DNA of 64,000 bases from Paraphysomonas bandaiensis. Taxonomy: Eukaryota; Protista; Chrysophyceae. Positions within the stretch are counted from its first letter, which is position 1; every line of letters begins with the position of its first letter. The stretch spans positions 1-64,000 of the forward strand of contig CBFFRP010000009.1 in the NCBI GenBank assembly GCA_965644295.1, read 5' to 3'. Under the pieces are notes generated by a model. That model saw nothing but the letters and a program-made list of their open reading frames with translations, had not been told where the DNA came from and made no database searches. Of the stretch, positions 1 through 12,462 are shown one piece after another. A program made the position numbers and the translations under genes.

Positions 1-261
1 TATCTGTCGAAGATACGTGATCGTCATCATAACGTCGTCATTATCAGTTACACTTCTAACTATTCCGTTGTGCATGATAGTACGTTCTATATTGTTATTT
101 ATAATTTTCACTCTATCGTGTTCATTACTTACACTCTAATAATCACAACATTGTTTTACTATTATAAAGATCAATTCTTTATTTGGTAGCGAGTGATAGT
201 TCAAGTTACAAGTTACGACTCAACCGACTCGGATTCGACAACCGACAAGCGAAAGGACTCA

Positions 262-3200
262 ATGCCAAAATTCGATGCGAAGAACTTCTCCAGGTGGCAG
301 AAGAAGTGCCGTGCATGGTTCTATCGCAAGCCTAAGATCGTTTATACTCTACAGAACGATCATCCAATTGAGCCTGAAGCAGGAGAAAACTCAGATGACG
401 AGGACTACCAGTATCGACTCGAACAGTATCAGGATGCGAAACGATATTATGATGAAGGTAATAACTACCTATGGTCAGTCATTGCAAGCTCTATCATTGG
501 TCAGAATGAAGAGGCTGAAGGGATTTTGGAGAACGTCCCCGATGGAGACGGTAAAACCGCCTGGACGGACTTGCTCAACCACTTCAAAGAAAAAACGACT
601 AACGACGTCATCACTGATCTGATTGGCCAGTTTCAGAGCATAAAAATCAAAAAAGGTCAGTCGATAATCAACTTTCTTGACGCTGTCGAAAAGCTCCGAA
701 ACAAGCTGATTAATTATGGTCATCGGATAAGTGACCAAGATCTCATATCACGCATTCGACAAGGCCTGGTATCCAAAGAAAATATGACGTATCGTGAACT
801 GGCAATCAACCTGCAGATGCACCCTATCGATGACTACAAAACACTCATACGCAGACTACGCGGATTAGGAAGCTCGTCTGTTGGAATGCTCTTGTCAAGC
901 AACGAAGAATCAAAAACCGACAGTATTCAGCTTGCAGCCTCAAAACCCCCATTTTCCCGAAATAAAGTGAATTCTAAACGCAAAAAGGGGACATCTTTCA
1001 GAAACCGTTCCAATAAACCGAAACATGACAAGAGAGCTGACAAGGACATTAAGTGTTTCCGATGCGATGGAAAAGGACACATCGCTTCAGAATGCAAACA
1101 CTCATGGGAAAGAATCCAACAGATGAAGAATTCCTCTGGAAACAAATCAACCAGTAGGAAATTCAAAAAAGTTAGATTCCAGACCCACCAGAGCACTGAA
1201 AACGACGAATCCGACCAATTTGCAGATTATGAAGACAGTGGTCCACTACAACAGAAAGGACGAGACTTCGGAGGAGTCGGATATCCAACAAACGACGAAA
1301 CGAACTTCGCTTTTGATCAAGAAGCCGGAATGGGGACCCTTGATTCTGGCTGCACAGTCTCCATCACACCTGAAGCCGGATACATCACCAATTATGAGGA
1401 ATGCCTCACCGACATTCAAACAGCTAAGTCAGGATCGACTATGACCTCTTCAGGACATGGAAGACTTGGTATTATCCCCAAGTGCAAGCACGTGGACCAT
1501 GCTTCAAGGACACTCGTGTCCATCAGCCAATTAGATGACCTAGGGTATAAAATCTTGTTCGGAAACCAATCAGTTGAGATATATAAAGATGAAATACTGC
1601 TATCAAAGGGTAAGAGAGTTGGAGGCCTATATGAAATTCCGTTAACAGACCTCGGTACTCCTATTGACGTATCCCACCTTGCTTCAACTGCTTCAGGCCC
1701 ACTCGCAACTCTAGCACATAAGAGATTGGCACATTCTTCAATTGGACTCATACAGAAAGCTGTACAGTCAAAATTAGTAACGGGTATTAAGTTAACGAAG
1801 TCGGAGATGAATGCTACTTCTTTACCGGGTGGCCTATGTGATGGTTGTGCTAGTGGTAAATCTCATCGCCGAAAACATAGACACGCTATCAGACAAATGC
1901 TGCTCAAGCGTGTAAGAAGAGCAAATGAGCTGGGGGAGCTAGTAGTAGCCGATTTTTCTGGACCCCATGCACCAGAGGCAATCATTACTGGCAACCGTTA
2001 CATACTCGGGATGACAGATGTAGCTTCCAGACACCAATGGGACTCCTACGGACCAACGAGAGATGAAGATTTTGTCATCCAATCCATCCAGAAAGTTGTT
2101 ATGTATCTACATAGTAAAGGCAAACGCCTACAACATTATCATGCGGATGGCGGGAAGGAACTGGTATCAAAAAAAGTTCTAGAGTATCTTCAATCAATAG
2201 GGGCTACATGGACTTTCAACTCCCCGTATACCCCTGAGGATAACCCATTCCAAGAGCGATCATGGCGGACAACTAAAGAACGAGCACTCAGCAGCCTTAT
2301 CGACTCTGGACTCCCACCGAATTTCTGGGAACAAGCCTCAAAGGCGACAATACACATCAAGAACAGGTTACCGTGTCAAACAGCTAAAGGATTTATGTCT
2401 CCACTTCAGTTTATCGAAAACGAAATACCAGACTTGAGTTATGCCAGAATATGGGGATGTAAATGCTTTGTGAATATCGATTCCAGTCTCCGAAAGAACA
2501 ATTGGGACAGACATAGCTGGCCTGGGTATTTTATGGGCTATCGAGAGGATGGTCCTGGATATATAGTCTTCGTTCCCGCATTAAGAGACTTTGTTATATC
2601 AGGACATGTATTTTTCAACGAATGTGTTCCACCAGCGGATAAGAGATATTTTAAGGAGATAAATGAGATCTTCAGAGAGAATGAGACCTCCAGGACAGTA
2701 GAAAGTTTCAAATATCTCATAGGTCTAGCTCATGTAGATCCAGACGATGGATTAACATATGTAACGACTCAAATAAAGCTCAGAAAAGGATTAATCGCAG
2801 CGTATCGTGGTCTAGTGGACGACAGCGGTGACAAGACACGACTCATCCAGCTCGAAGACCCCATTCATGCTGCAGACGTCGAAAAGTATACTGAAGACTA
2901 CATTGAACTCAAAGCAGTTGGTCTCAAATGTAATACTTCTCGATCGAAAACCCCAATACATAAATCCAGCAAATCAGATCAAAACCCCGATACAGTTATT
3001 GGATCTCCAGCGCCAGCCGCTACTTCCAGGGGGAGTGGCGAGAATCTCAGACATCATGATGCCGCGCAGGAGAGAATCAGCAGCCATCGGTGTGAACCTA
3101 CCCACTCCGATGCAAAGATAGCGAAGACTCGCCCTCCGAAACAATTCAATGGGAATCTAGTGCCGAATCCGGCACCACACGGTCAAGTGGATCGTGTGCA

Positions 3201-5187
3201 CCAGCGTATGGCCAAACGCGGTAACAAGTCTGCTGATTCATCGGGAGATTGGGAAAATCAGGATACACCTGAAGGGCCAAGTAAGGTCCGTGCTACAGCA
3301 AAACAGCAATTTTTAGCTGGTAAAAAGAGTGTTCTCCGAAGCAAGAGAATGGCCAGGAAACGGGTAATTGTAAATATACATAAACTTGGTGATGGTGTAT
3401 ATACATGTGATGTAAATGCTAAACATGTAGTAAATCATATGGCACATGACACACAATGTATATCAAAATTACATACAAACAATATTGATATTGTTATGCA
3501 TGCTATCAGTAATTGCGATGACATTGACGAGCTAACCGATACACCAAAGAGTGTTCAAGATGCTATTTCAGGTAAATATAAACAGCAGTGGATCGATGCT
3601 ATCAATAGAGAAATATCCACTCTTCAGAGGAAAGGATGCTGGAGATACACTGCGTTACCACCTGGAGCAAGAGCCATAAAGGGGAAACTCATATTCAAAA
3701 TAAAAAGAAAACAGAATGATATCAAATTCAAGGCTCGACTAGTCGCACAGGGTTTTACTCAAATCCAAGGCATCGATTACAATGACACATACAGCCCCGT
3801 CGCGAAGGCTACATCACTACGTACAATTATTGCCCTTTCGACTATTATGAAACTCAAATTGCACCAAATCGATTTCACAACTGCGTACATCAATGCTGAC
3901 CTCGAAGAGGACATATACATGCATCCCCCTCCTGGCATGGACGTCCCTGACGGAAAAGTCCTCAAACTGATGAAAAGCATCTACGGTCTAAAGCAAGCAG
4001 GTCTTAACTGGTATAAGTGCTGTACAAATTTTATGCTAGATATGGGTTTCACCAGACTAATATCTGACCCGTGTATATTCAAAAAGCAGATTAATGGCAG
4101 GATTATGCTAATAGCCATGTATGTGGACGATATTATTATAGCATCCACATCCGACACTGATATCCAACAATTCAAAGACCATTTATCCAAAAAGTTCGAA
4201 ATTACGGATCTCGGACTCCTAGATTATTACTTGGGCATCTCCATTCATCAAGATTTTGACAAAAATATCACGACTCTCAGTCAGGAGCAGTACGTCAGAA
4301 AGCTACTGGACAAATTCAACATGTCCAACAGTAAACCCATGTCAACACCTATGTTACTGTCTTTCAACTATGATTTACATGAATACAATCATCTTTCAGA
4401 GTCAAATCAAAGTTATGTTCAGAATTTCCCCTACAAGGAGCTCATAGGTTCCCTAATGTATCTAGCTGTATGCACTCGACCGGATATCGCCTATGCAGTC
4501 AATACTCTTGCCAGATTTTCTGATATGCCTAATCTAACTACCTGTAATGCTGCGTTACATGTTCTTAGGTATCTCAAAGGCACTGCTAAGCAAGGATTGA
4601 TATATTCTGGATCCCACATAACATTATCAGGATACTGCGATAGCGATTGGGCACGGTGTCACCTCACTCGACGGTCCACTACAGCTTTTACATTCTTCAT
4701 AGGTAATTGTCTTATATCATGGCAATCTCGATTACAGACAACTGTGGCATTGTCATCTACTGAAGCTGAGTATATGGCTCTATCGTCAGCAGCTCAGGAA
4801 GCATTATGGCTACGCTCTTTATTATCAGAAATTGGTTTCAAACTTCCATTCTCAACAACTATTTGGTGCGATAATAAAGGGGCAGTCCAATTATGCTACA
4901 ATCCTACTCATCATCGTCGTACGAAACATATTGCGATACGGTATCATTTCATTCGAGAAAATATTGCCGAAAACCAATTGACTGTTGACCATATTCCCAC
5001 CACGTCAATGTTAGCCGATCTTCTCACGAAACCACTAGGAGCCACTAATTTTCTTCAATTGCGAACTACATTGATGGGGGGAGCTGGGTTCGACATCCCA
5101 TCCAGCAGCAACAGGAAGCGATCAACAACCTCAGAGACACCTATATCACAATTAACAAGCCACAAGCGACCTAGATGGCTAGTTTGA
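262..5187 (+). CDS. Copia Gag-Pol polyprotein (first ATG at 262; frame open from 193)
   Basis: CCHC knuckle CFRCDGKGHIASEC, protease LDSGCT, HKRLAH/CDGC integrase zinc motif, DDE core, RT (FKARLVAQGFTQ, YVDD), RNase H (YCDSDWA, SSTEAEY, ADLLTK). Confidence 0.96.
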   Translation: MPKFDAKNFSRWQKKCRAWFYRKPKIVYTLQNDHPIEPEAGENSDDEDYQYRLEQYQDAKRYYDEGNNYLWSVIASSIIGQNEEAEGILENVPDGDGKTAWTDLLNHFKEKTTNDVITDLIGQFQSIKIKKGQSIINFLDAVEKLRNKLINYGHRISDQDLISRIRQGLVSKENMTYRELAINLQMHPIDDYKTLIRRLRGLGSSSVGMLLSSNEESKTDSIQLAASKPPFSRNKVNSKRKKGTSFRNRSNKPKHDKRADKDIKCFRCDGKGHIASECKHSWERIQQMKNSSGNKSTSRKFKKVRFQTHQSTENDESDQFADYEDSGPLQQKGRDFGGVGYPTNDETNFAFDQEAGMGTLDSGCTVSITPEAGYITNYEECLTDIQTAKSGSTMTSSGHGRLGIIPKCKHVDHASRTLVSISQLDDLGYKILFGNQSVEIYKDEILLSKGKRVGGLYEIPLTDLGTPIDVSHLASTASGPLATLAHKRLAHSSIGLIQKAVQSKLVTGIKLTKSEMNATSLPGGLCDGCASGKSHRRKHRHAIRQMLLKRVRRANELGELVVADFSGPHAPEAIITGNRYILGMTDVASRHQWDSYGPTRDEDFVIQSIQKVVMYLHSKGKRLQHYHADGGKELVSKKVLEYLQSIGATWTFNSPYTPEDNPFQERSWRTTKERALSSLIDSGLPPNFWEQASKATIHIKNRLPCQTAKGFMSPLQFIENEIPDLSYARIWGCKCFVNIDSSLRKNNWDRHSWPGYFMGYREDGPGYIVFVPALRDFVISGHVFFNECVPPADKRYFKEINEIFRENETSRTVESFKYLIGLAHVDPDDGLTYVTTQIKLRKGLIAAYRGLVDDSGDKTRLIQLEDPIHAADVEKYTEDYIELKAVGLKCNTSRSKTPIHKSSKSDQNPDTVIGSPAPAATSRGSGENLRHHDAAQERISSHRCEPTHSDAKIAKTRPPKQFNGNLVPNPAPHGQVDRVHQRMAKRGNKSADSSGDWENQDTPEGPSKVRATAKQQFLAGKKSVLRSKRMARKRVIVNIHKLGDGVYTCDVNAKHVVNHMAHDTQCISKLHTNNIDIVMHAISNCDDIDELTDTPKSVQDAISGKYKQQWIDAINREISTLQRKGCWRYTALPPGARAIKGKLIFKIKRKQNDIKFKARLVAQGFTQIQGIDYNDTYSPVAKATSLRTIIALSTIMKLKLHQIDFTTAYINADLEEDIYMHPPPGMDVPDGKVLKLMKSIYGLKQAGLNWYKCCTNFMLDMGFTRLISDPCIFKKQINGRIMLIAMYVDDIIIASTSDTDIQQFKDHLSKKFEITDLGLLDYYLGISIHQDFDKNITTLSQEQYVRKLLDKFNMSNSKPMSTPMLLSFNYDLHEYNHLSESNQSYVQNFPYKELIGSLMYLAVCTRPDIAYAVNTLARFSDMPNLTTCNAALHVLRYLKGTAKQGLIYSGSHITLSGYCDSDWARCHLTRRSTTAFTFFIGNCLISWQSRLQTTVALSSTEAEYMALSSAAQEALWLRSLLSEIGFKLPFSTTIWCDNKGAVQLCYNPTHHRRTKHIAIRYHFIRENIAENQLTVDHIPTTSMLADLLTKPLGATNFLQLRTTLMGGAGFDIPSSSNRKRSTTSETPISQLTSHKRPRWLV

Positions 5188-5388
5188 GTTACACGGAGTT
5201 TTTACCATTTTTTTTTTGCTTTTATTCAATACATGATGCTGGACTAGAAGGATGGTCTCACAATATGGCATCTCTGCAGTTCGCTTATTATTGACTAGTG
5301 ACTGCTACTCTGGTTTTTACTCTCAGTGTGCACAAGTTCATATTCTCTCTATTATTTACGGTTCACTGATTATTTCATTGAGGGGGCG

Positions 5389-5651
5389 TATTAGGATTCA
5401 GCTTAATACATGATTGTATCTGTGAGTTATAATGTTCAATGAAATATACCATGAACTGAATTAGAGAGAGTATCTGTCGAAGATACGTGATCGTCATCAT
5501 AACGTCGTCATTATCAGTTACACTTCTAACTATTCCGTTGTGCATGATAGTACGTTCTATATTGTTATTTATAATTTTCACTCTATCGTGTTCATTACTT
5601 ACACTCTAATAATCACAACATTGTTTTACTATTATAAAGATCAATTCTTTA
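5389..5651 (+). repeat. 3' LTR of the first copia element (TATT...TTTA)
   Basis: Begins right after the PPT. Its last 181 bp match 1-181. The exact 3' end is uncertain by about 2 bp. Confidence 0.9.
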
Positions 5652-6181
5652 TTATATGTGCCAGTGGAGTTATGAATAACTCTTATCTTAATATCTTAAT
5701 CACAGTTTTTTTGTCCTTATATGTCTCACAATATTCTACATAACAGCAAATCTTTGTTTGTTATCACAATAGTAGCAAGCGTTAAATGTAAGTAGTTCAA
5801 ACAAAGAAACCAACAAAACAAGAATGAGTGGATTCAATAATATTAATGAAAATTGAATTAAAACATCATCGACACATTCTGTGTACGTATTGTTAGACAA
5901 GTCTGTACGTTTGTACCTACTAGTAGTGTTCTAGTGAACAAATAATTAACAGGTGATGCGATTAATTTGTTCAACAGCCCACTAATGCTGTATGTATGTA
6001 GAATTTTGCTAATGTTCCTGATAATCAACCCAACAACATATGTTCTGTTTCTAAGATAAGCATTATAGTATGTGTCATTGACCTCTGGTTTCTTTACTAG
6101 AACAAACTCAGTTGCATAAATACAACACCAGTACCACTATAAATACTAGCGCACGATATGTCTATGAAGTAGTTAATGAAT

Positions 6182-6532
6182 CTAGTAATCACCGCCTCCG
6201 CCACCGAACATATCCATACCACCCTCAAGGGCATCGACCTCCTCCTCAACGGGCTTAGGGGCAGCAGCAGGAGCAGCGGCACCAGCATCAGCTGCGGGGG
6301 CAGCAGCAGCAGGAGCAGCAGCGGCAGCAGCAGCTCCACCAGCCATAAGCTTCTCCTTACCCTCCTCAATAAGCTCAGACAAGTCCTTGCCTTCAAGATC
6401 AGCAATGAGAGCATCGAGTCTCTCGGCATCGACCTCAATACCACACTGAGAAAGGGCATTAGTCACATCCTCAGCAGTGGGGCTGGTGTTTCCACCAATA
6501 ACCAAAAGCAAATAAGCAGCCAAGTGACGCAT
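6182..6532 (-). CDS. RPLP2: 60S acidic ribosomal protein P2
   Basis: MRHLAAYLLLVIGGNTSP N-terminus, Ala-rich hinge and acidic tail with DMF. Probable 5' UTR intron at 6534-6626 (GT..AG). Confidence 0.95.
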   Translation of the reverse strand: MRHLAAYLLLVIGGNTSPTAEDVTNALSQCGIEVDAERLDALIADLEGKDLSELIEEGKEKLMAGGAAAAAAAPAAAAPAADAGAAAPAAAPKPVEEEVDALEGGMDMFGGGGGDY

Positions 6533-6798
6533 TCTAGAATCAAATTAAAAGAGCTATAAATACAAAATTAATCAAAGAAAAATCTATTCAATGAATATAA
6601 TGAATATATAAGAATATGAATCTTACCTTCAAACTATAAGAAACCAGATACAATTATGTGGTTAAGTAGATTAACATACACATATGATGGATGTAGACTT
6701 AGAGAGTCTGATTAAGTCTTCACTCCATCCACCATGAAGAGATCTTTAACAGTCATCATATTTCAGTTTTGTTTTGGATGGTGAGCATAAATACTCCT

Positions 6799-6956
6799 GG
6801 ATTTATGGTATTAAAAATGCAGGATTTTGGGAAATGTATAGTCAAAGCTTGTAGAGATACTATGATAAAAAACTACAGGAATGGATTTATGGTATAAAAA
6901 ATGCAGGATTTTGGGAAATGTATAGTCAAAACATGGCTGTAGAGATACTATGATAA
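6799..6956. repeat. Tandem duplication of about 70 bp upstream of RPLP2
   Basis: ggatttatggta...gagatactatgataa occurs at ~6799 and ~6884. Confidence 0.85.
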
Positions 6957-7857
6957 TATGAGTACTCAAAGTTAAAGTAAACAGTTAGAATATACAAGTA
7001 ATATCATGAGTAATTCTTCTTATCTTACAAATGAAAAGGGAAGTAACTGTAGAGTGTTTTTAGGTAGTACTCAACAAGTTAGCTTCAATGAAATTCTCAA
7101 CGATTTCCATCCTGATATAAACCCACCAGTATTTGGAAAAGCTGTTAAAAATATTGTACAACTCCTCAAACTACAAGTACAAACAGAACAAGAGACAACA
7201 TCATATGATCCTTTTCTACGTGTTTGTATAGATATTGGCACCACTATAATTTTTTATTTGATTCGATTTCACCAGACCTTTTTGGGCTTGCTATAGATGA
7301 AACTAGTGTACTGCCTTGGTTAATTGCACGTATTATTGACATGAAAGCATTAAAAGTTAGCAATAACGTGAATCGAGAGCGAATGTAGGTCAAGCGATTC
7401 ATTACGCAAAGTCCCTCATGCGACGATCACCGGAATCGTTGCGTTTCGCAGCAGTTGTGTGCCACATTCATTCAAGCGGTGGAGTTTTTTATCGTATCAC
7501 TAGAGAAGGACCAATTCTTTCTAAAAGCAACAACATCTGCTCAGGAAATGCTGTTAATCTCGTTGGTAATCTGCTGTGGGACGCTGCGATATGAAAACTA
7601 CGACGTTCATCTCGAGTTGACTACCAAACTTATGCAAAACTTTATAGGCTTGGCCGGAGAGACTTAGATCAAGTGCAGAACAAAGTCCGCATAACACTTA
7701 TCGGAAATTAAATGAAACAAAAATATAGGCCGTCGAAAACAAGGACCGAACGCCCATCATGAGTGTGTGTTGTGCACGTTGTGTGCATTGTGCATCACAC
7801 AACACCCCAACCACACTGCTCGTTTACTGATTACACATGTTATTGCATATGTATATT

Positions 7858-7938
7858 CAATACCACTAGGGCTCAAATACAGACAATTGTTGTCTCGATA
7901 TGTGTGGAATTTTTGAACAAGAATACATATGCCGATAC
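7858..7938 (+). mobile_element. Partial copy of the ~151-bp MITE
   Basis: aaatacagacaattgttgtctc...tgccgatac matches the 3' half of the 44490-44640 copy. Confidence 0.65.
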
Positions 7939-8412
7939 AAGGTCAAATAAACTTATAAAAAATGAAATAATTCAACAAGGCATAAACGTATGTATTGGTT
8001 GCAGACCAATACATTATAAATTATAGATAAATTAACGTGTCAAAACATGATAGGTAAATTATCATCAACATATCACCATTGATACCATTAAAGTATATTT
8101 CTACCTGGTCCTGCTATACAACTCAAATGTTCAAAGTCATTATCCAGAGCGAAATAATTATTCGAATACACTTCTTTAATTTCTAATATCTTGCGAGCTT
8201 GCGAGATTAGATTAAATGTCTTAATGCCTACGGTAGCCGAAATCCTAAATGAACTGAAAGTTGTAAAAATGTAATATAACGATCTCTACTAAATTCACAT
8301 TGCGTACCTAATTATTTCGTTAGTTAAGTGGTTGAAACAAGAAACACCACATGTGGGCTAACAAAGTTAAACTTTCTCTATGTAGTCATATGCTATTCAC
8401 ACCAACAAATAA

Positions 8413-9444
8413 TCACACAGCAAAATTCTCGATATCCTCATGCAGCGTGGACGATCCCCGAGCAGACAACGGGGTTTGACTGTTCCTCTCTGCGCTAAGT
8501 CCTGAACATCTACCTGTCTTACTAGAGGTTTCAGAGGTAATCTCTGTCTCCATATGCATAGGAGACGCCAAGATTCCAACTGTATCCCTTTCAGCCCCTG
8601 CGTCTCTCACTAGATTCATAAGATACCGCCTAGCGTGGACGGATATCACAACAGTAGCAACGAGTGCAAGCACAATCCCCAACACTAACGCAACCAATTG
8701 AATTGTATCCTCTGTACCTCCACTTAGCGCCCCATCATCTTCATCATCATCACCAAACCCGAGCACACTACCGGCACTAGTGCCAATAAACACGTACGTA
8801 ATGGTACCAGGAAGTATTCCGATCATTGACATGACGTAATCGCGCAAAGATATCTTGGTTCCCGCCATGATATAGTTTATCGCACAAAAAGGGACAATTG
8901 GACTCAAGCGAAGGAGAAGCATAACCTTAAATCCTATATCATCGAAAGTCTACTTATACACTGTGAGAAACTCCACTGACATATATGGTAGTCTTACATT
9001 ATCTATAGCTCGTAGTATATCATATTTTACTAACCACTCTTGCGCTATATCGTGAAATATGTACCTTCCGAGTAAGAAGGCCAAAATCGCTCCAGCTGAT
9101 GCCCCAATGAACACAGATAACGTCCCCAATGCAACCCCTAAACCAAGACCAAATGCATTTCCAAAGACATATCCAGCTCCAAGTGTAAGTATTGATCCAG
9201 GAACCCATAGTACTGTCGCAATACAATATACAGCAGCAAAAGCAAAGACACCTGGCCATGGATTATCTTCAACCCAATGTAAAAATGAGATTAATATGGT
9301 TTTAGTAAAACCAATAAAAAAATAATCAATTGTAACATATATTGCAAGAAATAAAAGACATACAAATGATGCATATTTCTTAAAGTATTGTATATATATA
9401 TCACATCTTGATTGTAGCTCTTTGTCTTCATTTAAAGAGGTCAT
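8413..9444 (-). CDS. VTT-domain / TVP38-TMEM64 (SNARE-associated Golgi) membrane protein, 2 exons
   Basis: VPGSILTLGAGYVFG, GAILAFLLGRY and LLRLSPIVPF motifs. Intron at 8950-8997. Confidence 0.9.
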
Positions 9445-9966
9445 TACTGTATAAGATTGTAATAGTATCACTATAAAAGATAATTATAAATATTTAACAT
9501 TTAATTAATTTGTTTATATAGTGATCAATAGAATGAATTGGATTATGAGATATGGTTAATAGGATGCTGTCATATATATATATATATATATAGCAGCCAT
9601 ACACAGCAGCAGACTGGTTGGTATACATACTTTTACCTAGTGTACCAAGTACCCACAGTCATACAGATGGCGTGGAGTGTATCAACCAGTACAAAAAAAA
9701 AAACTGTACTTCCTCGCACTGTGTATGTTTTTTCGGTTGATATAATACAGACTTTTTCTCTCTAAAAACCGGACTATTCCATATTTCCGATGTTTTTAGC
9801 TGTTATGAAGTTGAACTGTGATATGATAATAGCCGAATATAGATACATGTTGCTTGATAGATGTTTCCATATTGTTTGAACAGACAAACAATGAATAATC
9901 TTACTTTACAATATCTCAATTTCAGTCCTCTTTCTAATATTCTTCTATTGGTTAGTAAGTATATGA

Positions 9967-10110
9967 AATCACTCTAATCATACACATAATCACTCACCCC
10001 ATATGCCAAATCACTCAAATCATAATACCAAATCACTCTAATCATACACATAATCACTCACACCATATACATATCACTCAAATCATACACATAATCACTC
10101 AAATTATATA
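9967..10110. repeat. Degenerate aatcactc/aatcatac minisatellite in a divergent intergenic region
   Basis: Repeated aatcactctaatcatacacat units. Confidence 0.75.
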
Positions 10111-10463
10111 CATATTTCATTATAAGTGATATATATATATATATATATTGACATACTCATAAAAGAAGTATGAAGTGTATTCTAATATATTGAATATATA
10201 TATGCATCTTATGTATGTATGTATGGTATCATACATACGTATGTTTACTATAGTAGTGTATAGTATAGTAGTGTATAGTATTGAGTGATGTAAGGAAGCG
10301 TATAGTATAATACACGTACTATTCTTATACTATCAGACACTATATACACATACATACACATACACATATATATATACCATACATACACATACATACATAT
10401 ATATATCACTCTACTCTCATCCCATCACTCTCACATAAAACACTCTCCCACTCTCCTAATAAC

Positions 10464-11494
10464 ATGTCATCTCATTCTCCTCTATTACCATTCATATGTT
10501 TCATATGTTCCATATGTATTCTAACAATAATCTATTGGATCAATATGTACATCATGATCATCCCTATACATACGAATACAATCTTACGTAACTATTGGGA
10601 TATGGAAGGATATCCTAAATCTCATCTATTACCTACAATACAACATGAAAGAGAATGGAAAATACAATCATTATGTCATCGTATCTTACCAAATACAAGT
10701 GATCATGTATTACATCGTGTGACTACAGTTAATGGTGTATTATCACATAAAGAATGTAATTGGATTATTAATGAAGTTGAAAAACATGGTCATATGTATG
10801 GATGGATGGCAAAACGAAATGGTGGGGATGTTACAACTGGTTTAGATATTCGACGAATACTTTCCTTATCATACTATTCGATGAATTTAGTATACTCTCA
10901 TATTATCCCTATAGTCAATCGGGTATTTAATATGAGTCTATTGATATCTTATATGATATATATATGTGTAGCGATATGGAGTCACTCCGAACATGTTAGG
11001 CATCAATGAAGTCTATGTTTTAAAATCTGAATCCGGAGGCTCCAGGTACATTATGCACTCACTGTAAATATATTAGTTACATAGTTGTCACCAGAGCATT
11101 GGATGCACATATGAGTGGTGGGGAATTTAATTTCGTTATCCATTTGAACCAGAATTTTACTGGTGGTGGAATTACTTTTCTTGATCATCATGGACGGAAG
11201 GGAACTCATCACACACCCCGAACGGGGCGGATGGTCGTATTCTCCAAAGTGAAGAGCCATTACGAAGATCCTGTTTTGGGGCCCGGAGTCAGGTATCACT
11301 GACATCTGTTTTTGCTGCGAAGAATTATTTTTAATATTAGATATGTTCTTGGTGGTCAGTTGGGCTATGGAATGGCTTACCCATGTGACGAATTGCAACG
11401 ACGTAAGTATACCTTACCACCAGAAGACGACTACGATGACGACGAGGAGTACGAAGACTTTCTTGATGATGATATCGATACGGATGATCTTTGA
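10464..11494 (+). CDS. 2OG-Fe(II) oxygenase (prolyl 4-hydroxylase-like) with N-terminal TM helix, multi-exon
   Basis: VLSHKECNWII, HM, FNFVIHLNQNFTGGGITF, GRMVVF and GVRYVL motifs across short introns. The metal ligands look degenerate. Confidence 0.65.
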
Positions 11495-12269
11495 TTTGGA
11501 TAAGAAAATGTATTGGAAGAAGATGCGCGATACTAACTGGATGCGGAATTGTTTTTAGAATATTACGCGAAATGTGTCACGTTTTTAAAATCAATGTGCG
11601 AGATTTCTGTATTAACCAAAGCAACTGCAGTCGTGATTAGCTATGTTAAGTGCTATATACGATAAATATATATAACATTTTGACTTTGTAGAGGGCACCA
11701 GTATCTAGATGTTGCGACCAGAGGAGACACTGTTAATTGTTACACAAGCCTGCTGTTAACATATGTATGTTGCATTTATAAAGAAGAATCAAGATAATTC
11801 TAATACAGTTGCAGTTGTTTAATATTATCGAATTTATCCTTAAACATGCATATTTAAACAATACTGAATTTGCATGCATTCGCTTTAAAATGTGATATAG
11901 CACTTGATCTTCAGTAATTTTTTTGTCGGAAATACAATATTTATCAATCTATTGCTTTGCTACATTAGTTCTGGCTGTTACTCTCCTGTGCTAGTAATAA
12001 TAAGACATATGCACATATGCACTACTTTATCAATTAATTGCCTTGGTTGAGTTCTGCTATATGAGGGCAATTGAAAGCTGTAGGTATAACGTATTTAAAT
12101 TACAGTAGTATACAGCCAGTTGTAGTCTTGGTAATCGTACTGTGAGAATGAATGACGATAAGTATATAGTAGTAAAACGAATATAGTGACGATGCAAGTT
12201 GTAGCGACAAAGTAAGATCGTATGAGACAAATGAGTGGTAATAGAGACAACATGAAATTGATGAATGAT

Positions 12270-12462
12270 GCAGCTATATGAGAATATGATATTATTACAA
12301 AACACAAGTCGTGGCAGGGCCAACTTGTAACACAATAAATATTGCTAATAACAACTATAATTGCAACTTTTTCTTTATCTTTAACCTCTCACTACAAATT
12401 ACAGTAAAATAATATCTCAATACTTAGATATGAAACCAGGTTTTGGTATTACCTCGACTTAA
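12270..12462 (+). repeat. Dispersed AT-rich repeat; inverted copy at ~38143-38357
   Basis: gcagggccaacttgtaac...ccaggttttggtattacctcgactt is the reverse complement of the 38.1-38.35 kb sequence. Confidence 0.8.

Larger units (their letters stand above)
1..5651 (+). mobile_element. Ty1/copia LTR retrotransposon, apparently intact; 5' LTR runs off the window start
   Basis: 1-181 is identical to 5471-5651. PBS TGGTAGCGAG at 184, PPT GAGGGGGCG at 5380-5388, and a single gag-PR-INT-RT-RH ORF in copia order. Confidence 0.97.

Noticed and set aside
6097-6559. ORFs overlapping RPLP2, and similar ones over the histone genes
   Set aside because: They are alternate-frame or antisense shadows of conserved genes.
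7006-7750. Broken ORFs upstream of RPLP2
   Set aside because: Multiple stops and no recognisable motif. Possibly a decayed gene or TE, but not assignable.
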